Made by a program: the position numbers and the translations under genes. The notes beneath the pieces were generated by a model. That model searched no databases. It was not told where the DNA came from and saw only the letters and a program-made list of their open reading frames with translations. A stretch of 64,000 nucleotides of DNA from Psilocybe cubensis (taxonomy: Eukaryota), in the NCBI GenBank assembly GCA_017499595.2, contig CM039007.1, forward strand, positions 372,001 to 436,000, given 5' to 3'. The stretch's first letter is position 1. Every line of letters starts with the position of its first letter. Below are positions 24,905-35,420 of this stretch, in pieces.

Positions 24905-27443
24905 CTAAACTGTTGGAGCCCAACGTGATACGGCATAATTAATTTTTTGAGGTGGCCACATTCTACTGTGGTTGATTGTCTTTGCTGCGGGAGAAGGCAA
25001 CATGTCAGAATCGGCGAGCTCGGCAATGCCATGCCTAAAAAGTAAAGAGAGTTAGAAGGGATTTCGAAATGGATACATCATACATGACTTACTCCTGCCA
25101 GGCGTGTTCGGCAATCATGGTACTGCTCCCTATTTTTCTACAATGCGAGCAAACCATAGAATCGAGAGTGTTTGCTTGTCTGCGACCATTGTCCTCGTCT
25201 AAGCGCCTCTTCGCTGCGATCTCGTCGTTCCCACTCAGCAGTTCATATGTGAGCGGAATTTTACCAGTCCTAAAGTGGCGCTTGTGTCCCCATTGATGTC
25301 GTGCCTACAAGCCCCCGCGTGAGACCTGTAAAGTCATCAAATCTTGTCTAAACTTACCAACATGTTCCACCTTAAAACGTAACGTCCTCTGTGCGAGCAG
25401 TTGCAAAATACGCATTCGAATATTGGATCAGCTGCGTCCATTTCCTCAGAGGTAGTCACCGCCGGATCAAATCCAAAATGCTCGAGAATGTCAGCCATGG
25501 CTTGCATATAATCTTTGTTAAAAAATATATCGTTGTCGTCGTTCCAAAACGTGCTCCCAGTACGAATCTCAAGTGATCGACGTTCCAATTCGACAAGATC
25601 CTCTTCGGCGCGACGATTTTGATCAAATGGAATAGAATGGTAATGAGCCAGGACTTGGGGATACCAGAAATTATCTTTGGTTACACTGTGGCTGTCTTTG
25701 CACTTTGTGCATGAGAAAATGGTTGTCGCCAGTCGAAGCACGCTGCTTTCGTCAAACTTATACTCGGTGCCACAAGCCGATTTGATCATGCTGACAAGCT
25801 TCCCTTCCGTGCGAGTCCGCCAATCCAGGGAGATTTCTGCGTAGTTGAGGCGCAGGGGATCGAGGTGCGCCGAAGTGAAAGGTTCCAATGATGTGTCGTC
25901 TATTAGGTCTCGCACCAGCTGTACCTTCAACAATTCAGCTGCAGAAGGAGTCGGAGTGTCCAGTGAATATCGCGCCGCACATTCTTTGGTAACCTCGGAT
26001 AATATTGGCAGTCGGTTTCCCAGTAAAGCCTTGCGATTGGCGCACAGTCTTAGCGTGCGATACTGGGTCATCGATGTATTGATAAACGCCCCCATGTCAT
26101 TTAGCACTGAATTAAATCTAGATTAATACTTTCAAAGTAGTTCGGTAGATATCGCGTACTAGTATCAGTCATTGAGTTATTTTTGCATGCATCAACAATT
26201 CGGGGTGATTTGAGAAAATTTTGGTAATTTTCTCTGCTCATCTTAGAGAGCTCGGATGTCCATCCTAGCGATTTGATTTGGGCGATGACCCTATAAATTA
26301 TTCCAAAGGCGTTAGAGTCCTGGAATATGGATGTAGAAGATCTCCGCACCTTGCCAGGCGACGACGAAACAAATTATTATGCCTTTGTTTGGCGTCCCAA
26401 TCTTTGTATGTGGCGCTATGCTTAATGTGTTTTAAGTGAGTACAAGGTGTACCGACAAAGATGTCAGGCTTACATACCTCTTCTATATATTTCAATTCTT
26501 CAATTTTTTCCTTCATCCATTTCGCCTGATTTTCCGCCGCGGCACATTCTCTCGTCCAAGTTTCCCCTGTTGCAACTGAATAGTACATTTTTTTCTCTGG
26601 ATACCGTCAGCTACAAGTAATTACCGGGACTCCAAACGGTTCACCATAGTTTCTGTAAGACAAGAGAACGCTGGGCAGGTACGGGACCAGTATCTTCGGG
26701 CATTTCTTCTGTACCCGCGGATCCATTGAGACCTGACCGGGGCCCTCAACCATTACGAATCTAATGACATAATCAGGAGACAGACACGGTGATGATTGTT
26801 TAAAAGATACATACCTAGATCTTATACATGGCACGCAAGCTCGAATTCTTGCCGCGAAAAGGGTGAGTGGTCGTCTGTTGTCTTCGCCAATGAACTTTCG
26901 ACAGTACTGTAGGAGAAGGTAATTAGATAGCAAACTTGTTAAAGTTTAGGAATGCCGACCTGACAACTCTCACCAAATGCTAAATTCGTATACTGGATAT
27001 CTGTCAAATCAGATGGACAATCTGGCATTCCGATTAATGCCCTCGAGGCTTTCCATAGAGTCGGCGCTAAGTCTGAGCTCTTCAGAATACGTCGAAAATG
27101 CTTCGAAGTGCAAGATAAGTGCCATAAATCCTTTGGTTCTAAATCTGTGCAGATCTGATGGAGTGGGTAAGAATCTGCACGTTTACGAATAGGAGTTTCT
27201 GACCTCAAATGCCCATATCTCTACTGGGAGGCCACCCAGAGAGTTCTCCACAGTTTTTGCCTTCGCTACCGACTTCTTGGGCACCTTTCTCTTCTTCTTC
27301 TTCGGTGGGCTCTCTTCACCGTCGTCGTCAACATTGGAGTCCATAGTTCGCGACCGCTTCGTCGCGTCTCTAGTACTTTTCACGGCTGACGCTGAATGTT
27401 CAACGGCAGAAGGTACAGCTTTGCGATTACGCAGTGTAGGCAT
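24905..27443 (-). CDS. F-box protein B (paralog of A)
   Basis: MPTLRNRK...KKKKRK (NLS-like)...LGGLPVEIWAFE|ICTDLEPKDLWHLSCTSKHFRRIL. Same exon layout and C-terminal Cys/His motifs as A. Stop at 24905. Confidence 0.85.
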
Positions 27444-27498
27444 CTTGGAGGAAAGACCAGGCTGATTCTAGAAGACCACCTTGTCGTGGTTCAAGTTC

Positions 27499-27543
27499 AA
27501 GAGCAATTTCAACCAACTGTGCCACTCCAAGCGATGGGAGGCC
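27499..27543 (-). promoter_or_regulatory. Conserved upstream block of F-box gene B
   Basis: AAGAGCAATTTCAACCAACTGTGCCACTCCAAGCGATGGGAGGCC matches 11729-11772. Confidence 0.45.
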
Positions 27544-28753
27544 GTGCGCGTGATGTGCCACTGGGGCCTGGGCGGAGACAATAAAGGACTTCATGGCAAG
27601 TCGCGCTCGAAGATACAACGCTGGGCCGATACGAATTTGCCAGAAAGATAATGTCAAAAACAAACAGGAAATTGCCTGTCCTTGTTTTTCGGACAAATAT
27701 TAAGGTACTTTTCTCTGCTCTCTAACACCAAACTTCTCACTGAAAGCAATTTCTCCGATAACACGCCAATCCTCTGATGGATTCAGATTCCCAACCATCC
27801 ACGACGCGTATTTTTCTGCAGACCTAAATCTGGATGGTTTTCCGACATCAGGGCGATTGTGATATATTCAGAAGGTGAATGGGTTATGAGCAGGACTTAT
27901 AAAATCATGCACACAAGCCACCTGTGTGAAGTTCTTATCCACTTGAAAATTGCGGTTCTATAGTAAAACGAGGCATGAGGCGATCGGCAAGAACATAGTC
28001 TTTGAGCGAATGAATGAGGTGGTACGTGTTTCTCCTCCGTGTCACCTCCTTCACTGGTCAGAACCCCTATTGCGAAGGAAAGCCTGCTATAGCACCTTTG
28101 CCCGTCGTTCTTTTCACCCACCCTCCCTATAATAAGCAGTTTTGCATCTCGAATTATCATTGCGCGATTAAACTCGCTTTCAAATGTCCGTTTGGAACTA
28201 CCTGGTGAGCGTGGATATTTCTCGCACATAAAAGCGTAGAACGGGCATTCTTCGTGCTTTCACCCACTAGCTAATATTCTGACATCTGTGTAGTACACTC
28301 CCATTTAGTGCCTGCTTAATTTACGTTCTGTTCTTGACATCTCAAATGACCCTCAAAGAGTCCTGGTTTAAATAAAATCACTTTCTCACTTCTTGGCGAA
28401 GTGTAGCACAGAGTTGCAAACTATTCCAACCCATTTAGCCTTGGTTCTTACAGTGTTCTCTCCTGCTTGATAGCTTAGGCTGTAGGTTACCATCATGATG
28501 TCGTTCCTTATTCACACTTGAGATAAAATGCAACAAGAATGAGATATTGATAATGATAAATGTTCGTTCTCTATTGGATACATTTCGTTCTCCCTTTCCA
28601 AGGGGGTTAAAGCATTATTTTGGTCGTAAGCTCTAGATATGTCATAAGGTAGGCGATACAAATACAATTTCCGTGGAGAAAGCGAAGGCGAAGGTGAAGT
28701 CGAAAGCAAAAAAGAGGTCCGATTGAAAAGCGAAGGTGTGTAGAAACTGATTC

Positions 28754-29378
28754 TCATGAGCGGCGAAGGATAGCCCAGGCCGTAATGCCGCCGCCAACAG
28801 CCAGCACGGTGAGGATGCAGAACGCGCACAGGCATCGTCTGGCCCATTTGAGCTCGGTGGTGCGGATGGTGGCGATGATTTCTCTGCGTTCTTCTTCTGT
28901 CTTTTCGGGCATCCATGCGGGTGTGTCCTCGTCTGAGGACGGCTGTGAGGGCTCGCGGAGTGGAGAGAGGAGGATGAAAGCGCCAAAGAGCCAGAATGGT
29001 GGGAATACTACGAAAGAAAGAGGTAAGTTATTGAACACCAGACGGAAAGATAAAGAAAAGTGACATACAGAACCCGAATTTGAAAAGGAACATGGCGAGC
29101 GTAACGGGCTCGGGCGCGTGCAGTGTGTATTCGGGGAGAGGGATGGCAGATTCTTCTGCGTATGGTGGTGGTACGTCTGAGAGGCTTTGACGACGTTCGT
29201 CGTGGCGGCTGTCATGTGTAGAGAATGTGTATCCGAACTGCTCGTCTGTGGGATCGAGCATGCGCATGGGGGGTGCAGTCCATGTGGAGTGTGTTAGGAC
29301 TGGAACTGGGGATACTGGACTCTGTGCCTCGAGATCAAAGTTGGAAGAAGAGCTGGTCGATGCGATAGGAGCCGACAT
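28754..29378 (-). CDS. Small membrane protein with PY motifs, one intron
   Basis: N-terminal PPPY and LPEY; hydrophobic LAMFLFKFGF|..FPPFWLFGAFILL; ELKWARRCL followed by a C-terminal TM segment. Confidence 0.75.
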
Positions 29379-30702
29379 TGCAATTGTGTGAATGTGAATG
29401 TGGAGTTCAATTGTGAATGAAACGGTTTATAAGACGCGGCTGGCTGAGAGAGCTCTGAATATGTCGATTGCAAAGAGGCTTTGAAAAGGCGGATGGTAGT
29501 GGCGTATCCATTCGGTGTGAGCGAAGTTTTATATAAAATTGGGGACTAGCAATCCGATGCCAATCCAACCATTTTGCGTGGATTGACTTATATCTTGTTA
29601 TAGTAGGTATTGGGTAGTGACACCATGGCAACGGAAAAATATAGACAAATAAAGGGCTTGTACGCATTTCTGTAGGGGTCACTTGGATCGCGTTTCTCGC
29701 GTATTTTGCCGCATAATCTGTTACAATAATTTGTTTATAGCACCTTGAAACGATTTTTTTGATTTGAATATGCAACAGGAAGGTATACAGGACGAGGACT
29801 CTTAAAACATGCCAATTTGGGTATAATTAGAACCTTCTATATTTGGTAAAGATGCCTTTCATTGTCCGGCAAACTTATCGCGGATGGGTTTCCAATCCCG
29901 CACTTTTCCCCCTATCCGCGTTGCAACGTGACCAAGTCGAACAATCGAAGCGATTGACAGCCCTGGGTGGCATGGCGCACCTTTTTCCCACCCCAATCGT
30001 CCCCGCTGCGTTCTCTCGCTTATTGATTTCTGAGGATGAACCAATCCATCAAGGTCCGTCGCTCTATTCTAGGATACACGATGACACTGGTAAAATCCCT
30101 ATATCAACCCCCATAATGGTGTATTTACGTTAGAAAATATGTATGTGGCTGTAACCATAAATGCAAGGAGGATCTATTGCCCAAGCATGCATAGCTGGTA
30201 AATATCAATGATTGCCGTTGCAACCTGTTGCAACACTGTCATAGTCGCGGGTACAAAGTTCCTCGTAGTCGAGTTGGTCGACTTGACTGTCATCTTCTGC
30301 TAAGATTTAGTCCACTTAGTTGGATTCTCGACTATGAGTCAGAGTAAGTGTTGGCATAGTCTGTGACTTAGTCGGAAACTTCAACCCACCCGTATGTTGA
30401 ATCTTGAACCAATTTCTGAAGTCGTAATCTTCTGCTCCGGGATATTCAGAGTTGATACATCTCTCTGTAGAAAACTATTGCCACGGCCCACCAACGGCCC
30501 ACTACCCAGCTGCTCTGAGGTACATGTACTTTCTGTCTATTTACCATGTTCTATTTTTATCCCGTCTATGATAGTCGTCCGCACTGGCTGTGGCTTTTCT
30601 TGGTGACTTATGTTAAGGAAACCAACAGGGGGTCTTAAACATCAACGATTGAGCTGTTAGTATCATAGTCAATATTTTGTTCCAAAGAGAGGACCACATA
30701 CT

Positions 30703-32463
30703 CAATCTTGAACTCGGCTGGTCCAGCATGCGTTGAAACCACTAATAAATTTTAATCTTTCAAGTGAAAAAATTGTTCGACACAAATCACGATTTAGGTG
30801 AATAAATGTAGAGTTATATTCATTGAAGGTGAGATTAGATACAAAAGCACATAATTATAAAACTACACAATGACTATATGATCTTACCAATTCCTATTTT
30901 TTTTTGTGTGCATTTGGTCAACTTCCACGGGTCACAATCAATGCAACCAATGAAAAGTGTTCAAGCTCCAAGGCCACGACAAGGCATGCACGATGGAGGT
31001 CGGAACCCCTCCACTCTTGGAGAAAAAAATTACTGCTGCGGCCGCGGTGATGCGGTAGGCAGCCTTTACCGTCCGGCCGCTCCCTCGCTTTTCAAAGGAG
31101 CGACAAGATCGAGTAGATGTGGGAACGAGCAGCTTTGCCCAGCAATCTCCGTTTGGAGGAGCGGCTGCAGGCAGGGACAAATATCGAGACACAGACAAAC
31201 GAGACCAAGAGACCAAGAGACCAAGTGCAGACCAGACAGCGTTCGCCCAGCTATCTCCGAATGGAGCGGCTGCAGGCCAGTAATTCAGGTATCAAGACAT
31301 CGAGCATCAAGCAATAGGACCATGTCCCTCGTCGAGTTAGACGATAACGGGACTGTTGTTTTGAGCATATCATGTGGGCATATAAACGGCATAGCAGTAG
31401 CCTATGAATATGTCAGACCAAGAGGCAATCGATTTAGAATCAACCACTCACATTTCCAAACGTCGACGAGGAGCGGCGGCTAATTGGCGCCGCTCCGTCG
31501 TCTGCATGTCTTTGCCTCGATTAGAGGCAGGTCAGCACGAAACGTCCAATTGGTCGCGTTGCGCAACCAACTGGCTTTGCTACCCAGCTATTGCGCCAGG
31601 TAGCAGACATCCTCCACTCGTTGACGAGGAGGATGAATATGCAGCATGCAGCCTAAGGTAATTGAACGAGTCAGCGAATGCGCGGATCGACGCAATGTCG
31701 TGAAAGCTCACCTGCAGATCATCCGTGTGGACTGAACTGCACCCCGTATTCTGCATCCAGCGATGAGCTCTGTGATGTTGATCGTAGTGCGAGATCGACT
31801 CACCTGGGAGAATGCTGCAAAGGAAAGAATGAGGTTGTTAGTGGTTCAAGGCTGCAGCACGGTCCTTTATAAAACATACCATTATGCTCAAAAAGGAAAA
31901 TAATTGAAGAACGTCGACGCATGCTGCTCAGGACTTCTATCACGTCCACGCACGACATGTGTCACCGTTGCTGTGCCCGAGAGTGTCGGTTTTCCAACTA
32001 TTTACGCTTTTTGGCACAATCTGTACAGGCCCAACCGTGTCTGCAGAAGACAGCGAAGCTTCGAAAGATCGTTATCCATCTGATAACGCTGATTCTGACA
32101 CGAGCACTCCTCGAGTGCTGGTGCAGAATCACACGCGTTGCTGTGCAAAGGAGATAGCGTGCGTCCACGGGAACCCAACAGCGGATTGGCGTACCACATG
32201 CGGAGAAGTCGGCTTTAGAGAAAGCTTTTTGGTGTCTAAGAACACAAATGTGAGGAGAAGGGGAGGAAAAAACATATAGAACAGACCCTTTATCCTCCAT
32301 GATTTGCACACTGGCACCCGTTGATGGAAAAGGGTGATCAGTGTAATCTTCCCAAAATTCAGTGTCAAGCAAGACAAATTAGTTGAACAGGAGCCTCAGG
32401 TCGGATACACCTCATCGGAAACGCTGACCATGGGTAAAGGACTTTCTGAGTGGATAAAAGCTT
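30703..32463 (-). repeat. Right arm of ~1.75 kb inverted repeat (partner 12516-14290)
   Basis: Reverse complement of the left arm. Sharp outer boundary at AAGCTT (32458-32463 / 12516-12521). Confidence 0.95.
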
Positions 32464-33109
32464 TGCAGCCAATTGTGAGTGCACCCCGACATTGTGGGCA
32501 TGGCTGCATAATTTTCCGACATCAGCCAATAAAATTTACACATAAGTACACGAAAAATGAATTTTACTAAGCGGAGATCAAATTTGAAGACGGCAAACCC
32601 AAGAAACATTTAGTCTCGTACCCACCCGTTATATCGCGCGATCTCCCCCAGCGAGAGTTTGGGCACCTTTAGTCCTATTTTGAGTCGAAGGCAAAAAATT
32701 CGACGAACTTGATGGGGAAGATGCTTGAAGATGGTGTCATTTGCAACGGTTTTATTCAGAAAATTTGACTCTGATTTCGTTCTCCGCCGGAACTCTCCGG
32801 AACATCTGGAGCCGAGATTAGGAAATATGATTGCGAAACATAGCAAAATCGTCGATGAGTAATTACTAAAAGTCGATCTATCAGAACTAACATCGATACG
32901 ACCATTCTTAGAGCCATATCCTTCTCAAACTGTAAGGTATGTCGACGGTTTGGTGCAAAATCGTACCATGGTTTGAAATAAATTCAAGATAGGAGCATTC
33001 CCTATGTAACTCGGTTACCCAGAAATTCAAGTCCGACTTACGTTAGGCCTATCCATATGAAAGCAGCTGTAAAGTTAGTTATAAAATCCCTCTAGTCTTT
33101 CTTCTCGAG

Positions 33110-33620
33110 ATGCCTACACTGCGTAAATGCGAAGCTCTACCAATTACCATTAAAAACTCTTAAACATCAGCCCCAACAAAGCGGTCGCGACAGGCTACCG
33201 ACTCCAATGTGGATGACTCGAATGCAGAGAGCCTACCGAAGAAAAAGAGAAAGTCAACGAAAAGGTTGAACGGGGTTGCGAGAAAATTGCTTAGTGGAGA
33301 CGAGGAGATTGTATCAAGAAGGTGCATAGACGACGACAACGGTCGCAGACAAGGAAAAACTCTAACTTCTATGGTTTGCCCCCATTGCAGAAAGACAGGG
33401 AGCAGTACTACCCTGAATGAACACATATGGAGGGAGTAAGTCTTCTAAGTCATCGTATGGTCCATATATTTTGAAGTCCCTTTTAATTCTTCACTTCCTT
33501 AGGCATGGCATTGCCGAACTAACTGATTATGACATCTTTCCTTCTCCCGTCGCAAAAGCAGTCAAACACAGGAGAATGTGGCCACCTCGAAAAATCAATT
33601 TTGCCGTACCACGTTCGTAG
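33110..33620 (+). pseudogene. Internally deleted F-box pseudogene
   Basis: ATG 33110 MPTLRK; premature TAA at 33161-33163. Exon-1 sequence (KRLNGVA) is fused in frame to penultimate-exon sequence (KLLSGDEEIVSRRC..CPHC..HIWRE). The last intron and last exon (HGIAE..MWPPRKINF) are retained. The F-box and middle exons are absent. Confidence 0.85.
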
Positions 33621-33955
33621 GATGAACTAGGTATGAATTGAGAGCAATGAGCATAGAAAGAGCACATTATGCATATATCAGGTTGGTCAAGAAACAGAAT
33701 AAAGGCGCACAACAGCAACCTTTTTAGAACGATTCAACGACTCCATTTGTACCTTGTGGTTTGCAAGAAACGATAATCTCTCCCTTTCGTCTCCATTTTT
33801 TTGTTATTTCCCGTTTCGGGAATCTGTGTCTTCACGACGACGAGCAACACATGCCCACCACCCAACATGATCACCAAATTGCCAGAAGCGTCAAAAGAAC
33901 ATGGCATTACTAGAGCGGAGGACATTAAAAACTGTAAAATAGGTACAAAACCAAC

Positions 33956-34715
33956 TCAAAAATCAATTCTACCGCTGTTCAAAGTTCGTATCAAGCTCTG
34001 CCTCCAAGTTAAACGCAGAGGAATGTCATCCGGGTTCGAAGATGGCAACAACACTGGCGGTCGTTTGAAGGAGACGGGCTCATAATATTTGATAGAGTTC
34101 GTCTCCAAGACTACCATGAAACCGCCAATATTGCCTACCCGTTCATTCATCTTTGCAACCTCTACCAGGTACTTCCGAAAATGCTCGCACTGGCTTTGAC
34201 CAAAGTGTTCGATGGTTTCTGGTGAATCCAGCGACATGATCTTTGCATCTGTTACTCGAAAAGCCGTCTCAGGGCGTGTGGACGCCGGGTTTGGTACAAC
34301 TTGAATGACGAGCATTTCTCGGAGGTTTCGAGTGGTAGGCCGATCAAGGGTAATGCAAAAGGCGCCAAGTGTGCAGGACGCTATCGTGTCCTTGTGCAAC
34401 TTGTAGAACTCGAGGAGAGATTGTGATTCCTTGAGCTGGGCCTTTTCCTCCTTTTTGGACATGGCATTTGGCCGAGGACCGCAATGCTTTTTGTGATCTT
34501 TCCAGGCCGAAGCTTGACATTCCCGGTTCTGTTATAGGAAATATATTCAGCTCGCACTTTGATCGCCGCTGGGTATAGACTATAGGGACACGTACGCAGT
34601 AGAATACATTTTTACATCCACTACATTTGAGAAGTGGTTCCCCGTCAGCGTTTGAACCAATTCTCATACAGGCAGGGTTATGGCACAGAGGGGTGAGCTT
34701 TGGCTTGGTGGGCAT
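33956..34715 (-). CDS. MYND zinc-finger protein, one intron
   Basis: CHNPAC...LLKCSGCKNVFYC|NRECQASAWKDHKKHC is a MYND signature; continues into ORF 33956..34462. Confidence 0.85.
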
Positions 34716-34768
34716 AGTTTTTAGTCGAGAGTGGTAGTGGACTGCGAAAGGATATCGAAAGTTCGAAG

Positions 34769-34865
34769 ATTGTGTCCTATTTATCTGCACAGAAATTCTC
34801 ATGATTCGTTACTTCTATTGTGTCCTTATTTATCTTCATAGAAATTCTCGTGATTCGGTACTTCT
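34769..34865. repeat. Tandem duplication of 48/49 bp
   Basis: ATTGTGTCCTATTTATCTGCACAGAAATTCTCATGATTCGTTACTTCT (34769-34816) is repeated with a few changes at 34817-34865. Confidence 0.85.
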
Positions 34866-35420
34866 GTACCTAAATCGGCAGGCGATGTTCTTCATCTGAA
34901 AGAAAGGATTCTTCATGGGTCAAGAATACAAAGGGGAATAATGTCATTGTTTATTTAGCGGTGTATAATTTATTAGAAACATATTTCCAAGGTCTGATGC
35001 AAGCAGAAAGTCCCGTCCGCAAACTGTAAGGTTCGCCGAACCTTGAAGCTTGAACGTCGAACCGCGAACCGCGAGCCTTGAGGCGCAAACATTGATTATT
35101 GAACAGCGAACAGCGAACCACAAACTTGTTTGTAAAGAACCAAAGAAAGCAGCACAATTTTATAGTTTACCTTTTGTTCTGTTCATTCTCGGGCGCTCTT
35201 GCCATTGATTCCTTTGTTATTTCTCCGCAGTTCTACTGCAGCTTTACTCCTTGTTTCATAGTTCTTATTATGTATGTACAGTAATAGTGCACGCATACAA
35301 AATGTGTGCTTTCGTTCTCTTCGAACCTCAGTCGTTCTGCTCGAACAACGACTGAGCTCGCTACCAGTTTTCTTACATTTATTTCAAACAGAGAAAGAAA
35401 AAAATCCTCGATGTCGAAAA

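Noticed and set aside
30240-30380. TAGTC/GACT-rich patch with a short inverted repeat
   Set aside because: Could be a decayed MITE, but no termini or TSD could be defined.
30878-32377. Unspliced ORFs in the inverted repeat (e.g. 201 aa at 30878)
   Set aside because: No protein-like motifs, the mirror ORF is truncated by a stop in the left arm, and splice signals point to the opposite strand.
12516-32463. Whole interval as a giant cargo transposon with 1.75 kb TIRs
   Set aside because: No transposase or recombinase seen inside, no TSD at the outer ends, the interval contains an ordinary housekeeping gene, and mirror homology continues outside the arms.
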